Of a stretch of 64,000 bases of DNA, positions 46,659 to 59,735 are shown piece by piece. Where the stretch lies: contig NC_135257.1 in NCBI RefSeq assembly GCF_964204865.1, positions 2,480,001 to 2,544,000 on the forward strand, written 5' to 3'. The DNA is from Styela clava. Taxonomy: Eukaryota. The number at the start of each line of letters is the position of its first letter. Positions within the stretch are counted from its first letter, which is position 1. The notes beneath the pieces were generated by a model. The model worked only from the letters and a program-made list of their open reading frames with translations, ran no database searches and was not told the origin of the DNA. A program made the position numbers and the translations under genes.

Positions 46659-48759
46659 CATAATCAAGGTAAGATAGTGACAAAAATATGTAATGAAGAC
46701 TACGATTTTGTATAATCGAAAGGTTATCGAAAATATTTGGCTGAACTTCTTGGACCGTACACATTACTAAATTGAAAGGGAAAGATTCTGCGGCACATGA
46801 AAGCAGAATTTTTGCGAGATGTATAAAATGGTATTTTGGAAATTGAAATTGAAAAAAAATATATCATTTCAGCTTTTATATTGTTTTAGCAATTTCTTAC
46901 TACCTAATAAACCATTGGTTTTCATTCATACATGCGTTAAAATCGGTAACTGAATGATCAGCTGAACCTTTTTTTTGTATGAATAAAGTACATCGATGTT
47001 AAAAAATCCTGGTCGAAATTTGTCAACAAATTGAACAAAAATCCCTCTTTTCAAATGTTGTTCATTCCAACTGCCTTGTGATTCTCAATTGAGATATTTG
47101 TCAAGCAGTGCCATTTGGATTATATAAACATCGATTCTCGATGAAAAGTTCGATAAACATTACTCGTACTTCTTTCCAAATGGTTATGTGACTATATTTA
47201 AACGATAAAGAATATAGTAATGTGATTTTCTGAACTCCGATTTACAAACCTTTGTTTCGAACAGTAGAAAAGATACTTGTGTTCAAATGCCACACAACTC
47301 ACGAAATACTTGCAGTCAAATAGTTGATATAAGCAATATTGTATTCATCACTCAAAAACTGAGATAAATCGTTATGCCATAAGAAAACGCACAAACAAGA
47401 AGTTGATATTTCACTGAACTACCGGCGCTCTTGCATAATACCAAAAATATATGTATTGATTCATGCAACTTGACGTGAATAAGGTCTCAGGAGTATTCGT
47501 CATACATAAGCTAAAATAATCCGTTGCACCACCAGAACAGGGCCTTTTGTGCAATGGATATATCGTACTTTATATATTCGTTTAAATAACGAATGGTGGA
47601 AATTTAAACAAATTTTGACTAAGATGAAATTCCATCCGGATAATTAGCGACCATATTGTAAACAATGACGTATTTATATTGCGACAAAATGGAAATTGTT
47701 ATGACGCTGAAAATGTTTCTAAAAATATTCTCGAAATATTTCCGTACAGACTTTAAAGTTTCGTACAGATTTTTGTATGGGTAATTATAAAACAACGCAA
47801 ATGGCAATAAGATTCAGTCATTCATTACACACCCTCATTGGTAATTTAATAATTTAGTTTATTAAGAATATGTTAAAATTTGCTATAGTAATTTAAAGGC
47901 TTGACTTAGTGGGATGCTGGTTAGTGGCGATAATTGAATCAATATTACGTTAAGCAGTCTTTAATTTATATATAATATTTTTTTCAGATGGAGGATGCGA
48001 ACCAAAACAGAATATCGATAATACCCATAGTGGTTCATGACTTGTCCAATGTCGAAGATTTTGCCATAAAATAAACTGTAATTATGACTTTAATAATTAA
48101 AAATTCATGAAGTCTGACATCCTGATCTGATATACTGAATTTATATTAATTTTCATTGGAAATCGTCCCAGTTTGGCTCGATAAATATTAAAACAGCGGC
48201 GACATAAGTGCATAATCTTCGGATTTTATACCACCAAAATTAGATTTTGTATTGATGAATAATTCACCAAAAAAATATATGAAACTGGCATAAAAAAACA
48301 GTTAATTTTTTTTTAGTTCTTGCCTATGTATTCGAAAAAGTTCAAATGTGGCTTCTAATAAGAGTTGTGAATAACAATTTTGAAGTAGATGTTACAATAT
48401 ATTGATGTTCTGAACCGTTATATAAATGTTCATCTTCGTCAAATAATATTAATCTCTCTGATATGGAGAGAGCGTATGATTGATTTTGAGGCGAACGAAA
48501 ATGAAAGATGCATCCGTGCAGAGCCGAGGCACGCTGACGAATTTCGACGTAACGAATTGATAACTCAAGTATACCAACATCTTTAAGCATTAAGTGTTCT
48601 AGTATATCGTAAATAGAATATAAGTTCGCTAAGATTGTGATTTGCAATAAAGCAGTATATAAACTTGTATTCCGGTCGAAATTAACGTCTGGCAACCAAC
48701 AAACGGTATATTCGTGAGAGTGTGTGTATAATTGCATAGATGAGTATTCTTTTATTGTA

Positions 48760-51134
48760 CACTCTAAGAAATATTTACCGGTAATCGCCTGGCATTACAT
48801 ATTACAGGAATATAGCTGTGAAATTTTAATGTGATTTTAGGGTGAAGATTACCGGTATTTTCGGTAAAATCGCTGTTGATCACCTGTGAATTTTACATGA
48901 TATCCCTAGTAATATTTACATGTTTTATCCGGTAATTTTCACTGGCGATACGCAGTAATATTTACCGACGCTATCCTGTGAATTTACATTACAAATTAGG
49001 TAAATTTACATTCAGAACCGGGTAAAAATTACCGTAAATCGCCTGGCATTACATTTTACAGGGCATGATCAGTAAATATCACAGACTATTTCAGGTAACA
49101 AGGTTTATTTATAAAATAAATACGAATATGAAATGAATGATTAAAGTTTGAAAAATGAAATGAGAAATTGTACAGTGAAAAGTTAGGAACGCGCGGAGTA
49201 GACATAAACTTCTCATTGAAGATGTTTTTGCTCGCAGGGTGTCCGTTTATAGCCACTTCAAACAAGTCTCTAGTGACAGTTCCTGATATCCAAGAAAATG
49301 GTCTTGGTAGATGGGAAGTATTTCCGGCTTAGTCTTTCCAATGCCGAATGTATTGAACTATCCATTTGATTTCACGAACTCGTGACATTTTCTTCTTCAT
49401 ATCTTCAAGTCTGAAATGAAATGTACAAGAAGTTTCATTCAAAAAAAGCCAAAATTTAAAATTATTATTTGATTTTCGAGCATTTTGTAGTATTCAATCA
49501 GCCCATCCGGTTTTTTTAACTTCCTGAATTATTTAATAGCGTGTACTACCATTTATTACAATATCCCACCTTTCTTCAAACTTTCATAATTTCTTCAAGT
49601 CTTTATCTTCACTTGGCCAAAATCTGTTGGCAATCAATCGATACAGAGTTTTCTAGTATATTGTCAAATCCTGTAGATCAGATGGAAGATGTGCCTGAAA
49701 TTATATTCAAATGGAATCAAATATTTAATCCTCACTAAAAAAAACACATCCCAAATACTTATTAGTTACCAAAGCAGATGACAAAGTATTTCTTTTTGCA
49801 ATTTAAAAATTAACTTTATAACCAACCTCAAACACTTTTTTCTTCCATGAAATAACACATTAGTAAATCCACGACTGATAATTTGTTCATGCCTTCATAA
49901 TTGGATTCTTCAATTTTCTAAAGAGAAATCACTTTTGAGAAGGCAGGAAGGGGTGTATTCATATTCAAACTTCATTATACTTAAATAATGACTAATTCAT
50001 GTGCATTTTTAATTTCACAAACTCAAAGCATGCACCAGTAAATTGGGCTGGCCTAAATCAAATATTTAATTATTCCCATTCCCCATACTGCTATAAATCT
50101 TTAAACAATTTTTGACTGTGTAATATCGAATATGTTCAAATTCGGTATATAAATCTAATCAGTACTGCAGTAAATATTTCTGTATTTATATAATTAAATA
50201 ATACCTGTATATTCCAAAGCCATATTCTTCAAGCTACAGTCTTACTGTGGATTAATGCAGTAACAGAGTGATGGTTAAACATCACCCTTTTTCCTATTCT
50301 CCTGTTTCATGTACTGATGTATCAGTGTATCTGTGTATAGACAGAAAGATGTAGTCTTGGTCTGCGATCGTCTCGAAGCGTTTGTTGATATTTTTCCCTT
50401 ATTTTAGTTCAGTAATTAAATACCAACATTTCAAATTCAGAAAGCCTAGATCTGTGAAAAGGACATATTGAATTCATATTCCCAGATTCCTGCATTTGTC
50501 AGTTTCTAAGTTTACTGCAGTACTGCAGTATCATGGTACCAGAGTCAGAGAGTATGACATAACATTGTAACATGGATGTACCTGCTGAACGGTGTACTGA
50601 CGTACGCTAGTCTAACCAACCTTGTACTGGTAGACTGGTATACTGCGTTCTGGCGTTGTAGCTGTATCAGTGTATAGCAGAATGGATTAATTTGGTGCGA
50701 CAGATCTTGACCTACTACAATCACACTGAACAATACATTAATATTCAGCACTAAACAACACATCACCCACACTGACATTACTGAATCCAAGCTGCATTAC
50801 CTCACATAAATACTGCCAACTCAATACAAGAGCAACTAAGATATAACTGCTGTCGACTGGCGTCAAAATCCAAAAGTCTGGAGTAGGTCAAATCGAACGG
50901 AAAATTAGGGAGTAAAGCAACAAAAAAACGGCGCGTGATAAGTTAGTCGTTTGAAATATACCGTCTGATTGGTTGATCTCCCTTACCAGTATGCGCGCGC
51001 AACATCGACTAACGCCACGCCTCCTATGTCGGTAATTATTACCGACATTTGTCGGTGAATCGGATTACCGACACGATTTTGTAATTTTTTACACCTAAAT
51101 TTAAGGTAAAATTTACCGAACATTTCTTAGAGTG
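48760..51134. mobile_element. CMC/EnSpm-like non-autonomous element
   Basis: Perfect 13-bp TIR CACTCTAAGAAAT / ATTTCTTAGAGTG flanked by TA on both sides. Dense ATTTACCG / CGGTAAAT subterminal repeats at 48770-49100 and 51030-51120. Confidence 0.8.
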
Positions 51135-52036
51135 TAGTGTGTGTATTAAATAATAACAAATACTGAATCGTGAATTTTTTTTCATATTTGCTAATTAAAT
51201 TTCTTATATAGCGAATTGATAGTAAAAACACTTTGATAGTAAATTGATAGTAAATACACTGGAATCAATTATAATGAATGGCTGAATAAATTGGTAAAAT
51301 CATTCAATGCTTGCATTTGATTGCATTATATCTTACTTCTGATCTAGTAATAACAGTTGATAAATATAGAGGTTTCTAATAGTTGGACTTACAAATGACT
51401 AACTTACTCAGCTTTTATGTCTTGGCGCTGGTGGGTCCGTATGTGCATAATACAAGGATGATGTAACAAGATTAAAAAGGACTATATGTAATTCCAGAGT
51501 CTTTCTACACACTAACTAAAATGTATTTTTGTTGCGACAAGAATCACAAAAGATGATTAAAGTCTGTAAGCCGATTGATATCTGATTCTTTCTCTGAATG
51601 ATTCTTGCTTCAAACCTATTTTTAGATTCTGCTGCATCCTCTTTGTGGAATTGAAATAATTCAATACAAGAATACTACAAGATATCTTCCCAAAGTAAAT
51701 TTGTAATAAATGACTGATCGATGATAATGTTATAAGCAAAGTTTTAAAATTAACGTAAGGCCACAACATTTACTATCCGCTGTACCAGATATTCAGTAAA
51801 GTTATAAAGCAAGAAGGATTATATACTGCCAAATATGCCCGACTGCAAAAATACGATCATGCAATTTTATTTGGAAACGTTGTTGCAGGTTCAGCTCAAT
51901 GAACATTTATGCATTTTGTCAAAAACGAATAATACACATGTAGAAGTTGAATGTAAATTGAAGCAAGCTGTGACTCGATTTTTTTTACATTTTTTCTTGA
52001 AGCACAGAAATGGGCACCATAACTGATTCAAATAAA

Positions 52037-52146
52037 GGACCTCATGACGTATGCACACCAAGATTGCGCACAACCTGAACATAGTATGTGTACCAGGTTA
52101 GGGTTCAGATGGTGCGCCATCTTGGTGCACATACTTCGGGAGCGCC
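52037..52146. mobile_element. Short palindromic Merlin-like MITE
   Basis: ..GTATGCACACCAAGATTGCGCAC..GGTTAGGGTT..GTGCGCCATCTTGGTGCACATACTTCGGGAGCGCC. Flanks CAAATAAA / CACATGAA (6/8). Confidence 0.65.
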
Positions 52147-54130
52147 CACATGAACCGATTTTATTGCGTCAGTCATCTTTAGCGTCTCGTGGCTACAAAC
52201 AGGATTACATGAAAGGACCTATAAAATGGCATAAAGAATTTTATAAGACATAACGCCGCAATCTATAAAATCATGAATAAGATGGGTAATTTTAATTATT
52301 CACTTCATTGAAAATACAATCGCTGTTAACTTCACGTGTAGTCAATGCGCAGTTGGGGCCCGAAATAAAACTGATTTTAGGCATCTGTGTTGATGCTGAA
52401 AAAGAGGGCTGTATGTACGATTTTCTAAAGAAACAAACAAGAAGTATTTACAACACCTAATGTGCCGGCAAAAACATGTCAACAATTGAAATCAACAACT
52501 CATCAAAATCAGGTTAATTAGAACTAAACTCATATAAACACACACAGGTCTAACCCAGTAAAAAAGCAATCATTCACAAAACACTTCAGTCGAAACACTC
52601 CCTAAATATAAACACAACATAAACTCAAATACGTACTCAACAGTGTGTCGTTCAGCTTACAAAACAATCATAAGTTCATTGAAAAATAGTTTAGTAGAAG
52701 TATGATATTATTATTCCAAATAAATCACAGATACAATTGAAACCTTGCACTGCAAATATGCTATCCCAAAATCCTGAGAAGGTCGAACCAAGCTCTCAGA
52801 AGCGACTCGCTTTGCAGAAGCGCGGGAGGGTATTATGGAGTCAAAATCAGTTATATCGTTGCACGTATGGACTAACAGCGACTTCAATGGTAAACAACAA
52901 AAATAAAGCGCAAGAGGCAGTTTCAACTCTGTTGTTGAGGCTCTGCTTGCAGGTAACTTTTATGCCATGCTCGCGTGTGATGTCGCAGACATTTAATGTT
53001 TGATCCTGTCATCGTGCTTTATCAGCACACAAAAATACATTGTTTTTGATATGCTCAAATATCAGAGCGAATGGGTCATATTTGGTGATATCGTTAATCG
53101 ATGATAGAACAGATCGCCTTGTTACTTTCCTTCCACTATTCGCAAAAAAGTTGTATTATACACATGTTCCTAAATACAACCATATTCATTAGGCATGGTT
53201 GTTAATTATTTTAATGACTTACAGAAAAATTTAATTATTCGCAGTTGAACATCACAGCTCATTATTTATGATAATATAATATACTGATAACTTAATTTTT
53301 TGTTTGCATCAGAAATAATGATTCACGAATTTTTTTAATTAGATTGCCTATACAGTATATATATTTTAGTAATAAATTTAAATATATACGGCACTGTAAT
53401 ATCAATGCTGAAAAAATAGTCCGATTAATTAAAAGTGGGATAATTTTGGAAAAAATTAGTGAAATACTCTAATCTAAAACATATATAATTCGTTCGTATA
53501 TTTTAAAATATCGCCAGTTTGCATCTTTATCACAAAATGCAAAAAAACCTCTTATTTTAAATGAAGGCGTTTCGTTGCAGGATACAATCACCCTATGGAC
53601 ATTTACGATTATGTCACAAATCCCTGGGTTATTTGAGACCGATGAGTAGAGTTATTTTCAGTAGCATCTCTGTAGTCAGTGGCTAATTATAATAAGAAGT
53701 TTTTTCGCTTGTCAAATTCCTAATCACCATTACAATAATGTTAAATTACAGTAACTGATTAATCATTAGTGTGGGGTTATCTAAATATTTGCGAACATAC
53801 TTTTTTATGTGCCGCAAACAATTTGCTTTATGTCATGTCAAATAGATTGTTGATATTTCACTAATCTACAAGGACAAAGCGTTGCCATGTTAATCATAAC
53901 ATGTCGTGCATGGGAAGTGTATAAGTGGACAAAATGGGATCATTGCACAACATCACATATTTGACCAATGATTACCACACCTATTACGACTCTTTAGTTT
54001 CATCGACATCCCGTGTGTCGAAGCAGCAGACAATTAATCTAAGGCGAATATTCATAACAGCCGTGAAAACTGAGTTGTATCGTTGCAATACGCATCATTG
54101 AGGAGTTCGCAACAAAGTGCTATATTTGAT

Positions 54131-57100
54131 ATGGCAAAGATTTTTTACGTTCTGATCGGTTTGTGCATGTGGTATGAAGTGAATTCCACATTTATAAGTA
54201 GTTTTTCCAACATTGTCAACTACGTCGTCACCGATGGAAAGTTTGTATTTAATACGAAATCGTTACTTGACGAGAGTTTGCTCAATAACGAAATTCGTGA
54301 AAAATATAACGACATATCTCAAGGTGAGATAACAATTACTACAACCTCTGGACAAGTCATTGGATCAATCTTAGACGAAGCGCATGCGTTTTTCAGCGTG
54401 CCATATGCGGCGCCACCAGTTGGGAAGCTTAGGTTAGTAGTTTGAATTATTTTATCTTAAAAATTGTACTGTTGAACTATTGCTACGACTAATTACTGCG
54501 TTAAACTACTACTAATAACTGCGCTCACTGCACTTATCAACAGCAATTATACGTTGCATAGTAATAGTTGTAGTTACAGCACTGTTTACTGCTTTTATGA
54601 AAGTTTTCGATCAAGCTGAAGTCGTTTATATTCTATATATTATGCAGCTATACTAGAGTTCAGAACTTTAGAGCCTGAAATCCTTTTGTTGCAATTTAAA
54701 ATTTATTCGTTTTTTCGACATATTTTTTAAGTAATTACAATTGAAAACAGGCCAGAATGTTTTTACAATTATTCTTTTCTTGAGAAATAAATTCTCATAA
54801 TACATTTGTAATAGAATATAGTGTTTTAGATTTCGTAATACCGAACCCGTACTCAAAAGTTTGAATCCCATCAATGCTACAATACCGAACAGACTGAATT
54901 GTCGCCAGCTTCCACACACCGAGTGCGAGGCGGGTCATTGTATCATACTGGTAAGATATTGGTTCGAATTTCAAGTCTTTTTTCAAGAAACTGTATTACT
55001 TTAAGCTAGTGGAAGTTGTAATATATATAAGAGAATATTTATACCAATGATCCAATGAACGTTGTTGAGAGTAGCGTTTCCTACGTTTGCGATAGTTTAT
55101 TGTTTTACTAAACAGCAAGACGAAGATTGTCTCGTTCTCAATGTTTTTGTTCCAAAAACGGTTGATTTATCGTCTCAAAACCCTGGAACAAATCTTCCTG
55201 TTTTACTGTGGATACACGGCGGTGCGTTCTTCTCTGGTACCGGAACTTCGCCTAAAACAGATGGTCGATGGCTGAGTCAAGCAACTAATACAATCGTTGT
55301 TACAATCAATTATAGACTAGGTAAGTAATATTTGTGTGTTAAAAGTAATAATTTATAGTACCATGTTGTCGATTCATGTATTAAGTAAAATATTATATGA
55401 ATATCAAAATTCAATATTAGCCATTATTTTGATATAATAAAGGGTCTAGAAAGGATTTTCAAGCAATGTTAACAGCAAACTATACAGCAACTGCATGCAT
55501 CATAGCGGGTTAGCCATCATTTTCCCTAATAATCCCAAAATAATTTTCATATAAACGCACTAAGAGCCTTGTCATAATTTGTCTGATTATATAAATTGGG
55601 AGTTGTTGGGAATATTCTTTCACCAAAAATGGAACTCATAGTACAATGCGTATTTCTCTTTTCACTAAGGAGCCTATGGATTCCTGGTCTACAATAAAGG
55701 TAGCGATTATTTGAATGGAAATCAAGGACTGAAAGACCAACAAATGGCAATGCAATGGGTGCAGCAAAATATTGAAAATTTTGGTGGCGATAAGGACAGG
55801 GTAATAACACAAGTATTTTTAGTATGTCAAAAACAAATACTGAACTACGTCTATGTGCATTAGAAACATTGCTTGAATTCAATAGCAATAAGATTTGTGA
55901 CTGAAGATATCTTCTACCACTCAGGTGACCATATTTGGTGAAAGTGCAGGAGCACAATCTGTGATGTGGCATATGTTATCTGAAGTAAGCAGGCCCCTTT
56001 ACAGAAGGGCAATACTTGAAAGTAATGCTGCAATCTTCCCCCACCAAACGCAGCAAGAAGCGATGGATGTTACAGAGAGACTGCTGAAACAACTTAATTG
56101 CAGTGCAGACGATGTTGCTATTGAATTTGCATGCTTGTCGTGAGTTACTTTGTCGTATCACATACGTAGTTTTCTGCAAGGCCCTTCTTAGAGAAGAAGT
56201 ACTTTGCCTTATTATCTTACAGAAGTACTTTACCTTATTTTCCGTGTTTAAGGAAGGTAATTTTAATTATCTTCAGAAATGCACCAGTAGAGGAGTTGGA
56301 TAATTTTCCTAAAGTGATGGCAGCCTCAGCGATTGATGGTGACGGATGGAGTGCAATTGAACCTTATCGACCGATTATAGATGGAGTTGAATTTACAGAT
56401 CAACCTTTAACTTTATTCCAGACAGGAAAATGGAATGTAGACAGAGAATATATTGTGGGAGCGAATACGGAAGAAGTTGAAATATTGCAGTACTATGTTC
56501 CCGGAGACCAAGGATTATCAAGATTTGCTTTTCGGGTAATAATGTTCGGTGAAAATCACTAGATCGAAATGAAATGAAATTGACGTCAATTTGTTATTGA
56601 CGAAAATTCCCTAAAAGCTCGTACTGAGTATTGAAAAATAAAAACAAATATTTCAATACTTTCATCAATAAAAAACGAGTCAAATGTGTTTCGGAAATTT
56701 GTTATAACCTGAGAAATTATTCAGAAAATCAATACACTGTTCTTTGGGAATGAAGTAGGTCAGAAAACCGCAGATTATTACGAAGAATTAATCGGTCCAG
56801 ACGGTGATGATTACAGTAAAATTCTTGGTATCGAAGCAGGAGATGCATTTTTCATTTGTCCAAGCCGAGCAATGTCGAGGTAATATATTCAACATTGATT
56901 ATACATTTAGAAGAAATGTTACGTTATTTTTCAAAGCGTTATCAATTTTCAATTTTTGATCAATATCTGAGTAACACAAAACCCATTGTGCTATAGCAGA
57001 CTATTGATAAAATCCCAACATAATGTTTGCAATAGTGATTTGGCAGCCAGTTGGTCATATTATATGGACTGATGAAAGGCTATTGGGCTAATTTTCCCTT

Positions 57101-57948
57101 TGCGACCCGATTTTATTTTGAAAAATCGACAATATCTTATACAAGTTATGTTATTAGCACGAAATAAGTTTTATACCAGAATCCTGCATGATATTTATGG
57201 TAAATATATCGGAATAATGTATTTAAAACATGCAACAAATAGTTATTTGTTAAACAAACTTAACAGGTTTGCATACAAAACTGCAGATAACCCGAGTGGA
57301 TTATATTTCTACATGTTTGATCATCCAATTGATGGGAAATATTGTCACGAAGTATATCCAAAGAACGAAACGTGTGGATATGTTTATCACTCTGCAGAAA
57401 TACCCTTTGTTTTCAGATCAGGAGACGGGTACGGGCAAGACTAACTAACTATATTTAATTTTCAAAAAATATCACAACAAAATACTAATGCAAAAATTCT
57501 GAATAACATTTTTAGATATTATTTCAACGAAAACGACACTTTAGTAGCGGATCAGTTCAGCAAGTATTGGGGTAACTTTGCTCGCATGGGAGATCCCAAT
57601 AATGATGACGAAGGGCCCTCATTTCCAGAAATTCCGTATTGGCCAGCATACGTTATGTCACCAGATAAAGAGGATTGGATGAATATTCACATTGAGCCAC
57701 CGAGCCCATTTGTCGAAGCCCGTTACAAAGAAGATATTTGTGATTTTTGGGATAGTCTGAATTTTTACGTTACGTTTCCAGAATCTACCGGCACCGCAAC
57801 ACAACCATTCTCAAATACCAGTTTAGCGACGCATAAAGTAACAACAATAAAGGATGAGATTAACACCACTTCTTCAGCCAGTAGACTTACGTTTTTCAAC
57901 GTTTATGTATTGATATGTGCCTATAAATGTATTAATCAGTGGGTTTAG
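54131..57948 (+). CDS. Type-B carboxylesterase/cholinesterase-family protein, 660 aa, secreted, predicted GPI-anchored
   Basis: Exons 54131-54432, 54830-54950, 55116-55320, 55670-55800, 55925-56139, 56277-56535, 56725-56879, 57267-57428, 57516-57948, all phase-compatible GT-AG. Motifs VPYAAPPVGKLRF, EDCLVLNV, WIHGGAF, NYRLG, GESAG (Ser), GANTEE (Glu), YHSAEIPFVF (His), YWGNFARMGDPN. Confidence 0.93.
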
Positions 57949-59735
57949 ATGATTTTATGAATATGTCAGTTGTATGTTCACAAGAATTATATTTGAGAAT
58001 AATATAATATGTTAATATCACAGAGATGGGCTTCTTTGAAATGTGATTTTATGGACAGCGGTATTCCTCGATAGGGAATAGTTTGTGACCGTACTAACAT
58101 AGGTACTGTACTACTCATTCCGTACTTGGTTTTATCAAAAATATAGAAACATGTTTGTTACTTTTGAATACGACATGACGCTTTTCCATGTTCCATTGCT
58201 CAAGATATAGCGTGAAGTAGAAATGAAATGACTCAATTAGGGCAAGATACATTGCTAGGGAGCAAAGTGTAGTTTTACGAACACAATGACCTTGTGTTTC
58301 CAATCCAATCGATCTCAGAAAGTTTAAAACCAATATGTAGAAATATTTGTTGTTGAGAATAAAACGCATTCAAGAATCATTATTGCTATCTCACATCCAA
58401 CGTAGATCTTACCTGTCAACTTGAGCGCCTGGAATGCAAATATGCAAAACATAAAACGTAGTCCGCTAAACCACAACTACCTCGACGAACGTTGGCATGC
58501 GCTTGCAGGCTACATTGTTTTCATTTCGTGGATTTAATGTGTCAATAGCGGTCAAAAAGAGTTTTCGTGGACTGGATGATCGAATTATTGAAGCGGTAAA
58601 GGTTCATGGTGGAGTTCCCGGATTCACTACACATGCTCATTAGCATATACCAGAGCATTTTATATTGAATATAGAATGCATATTATATATTTCGTCACTT
58701 TCATAAAAATAGTTGCTCAATTATCAATAGGTAATAGCTAATACTCTTTCGACTCTTCTAAAAAATCAAACATGCGTTGGGTAATATTTATACCATCTAT
58801 GCAACTAGATTTCGAATGTTCAATAGATTAGTTATCCGCATTGCGAACCTTGGAAGGTAAACTAGACGAAAAATCCGTTCTTCGACCTAGAATCATAAAT
58901 TTGAGATTATACATATTGTTTTCGGAATAAATGAAACAAATCGTGTCTATTACAAATAAAATCCCCTTATCTTGTTAAATGCAACCACTTAGCAAGCAAC
59001 CCAAGCCCATTAAAAAAATTTGACAAAGTAACGGTCCATTTTCCAGTATTAAAATTTTCTATATACAAAATAATTACAAACGATATGCAATTCTTATTGG
59101 GTTCACATGGAATAATGTTGTGCAAACTGGTTCGCATACGTTAGGTCTATACAAAATTATGTCTTGAACTTAACAATAAAATTTTGCCACAGGCTACAAC
59201 AAAAATTAGAATATACCAGAACAGAATATCATAGTTCAGCGGGGACGACGACATTGCGAGTGTGTGTATTGCAGGTAATACCGAAGACATACAGCTTTAC
59301 GAATTAGTAAATTAGTTTGAGATTTGACAAACTCAACTATAGCCTTTCAATACTTTAATATTATGCTACGATGTAAATTTAGCATACACAATGCTGTAGC
59401 CAGAACTTATAGAATCATGCAACACGTGTCGTATGATAGCATTAGGCTAAACAGGCCCGAGGCAATGGTTGATCATTATGTACTTACTTGCTTCGGCGCT
59501 TCAACCTAATAGCAGATAATTTAATTCTTTCTTGTATTGGAGCCCTGGGGATTATTATAAAAGTAACACGACAAGTTATTGTAATACGTTGTTGTCAATA
59601 GATATTAACTTCACTCATTAGCATTCGAGCATCAGCTATGATATCTGACGTAAAGCAATAAAAAATGCAGAATGAAGAAAATAAGTGATTAAAAGTCTGA
59701 TAGAAACCAGTTCCTATCATCAAAGAAATAATATC

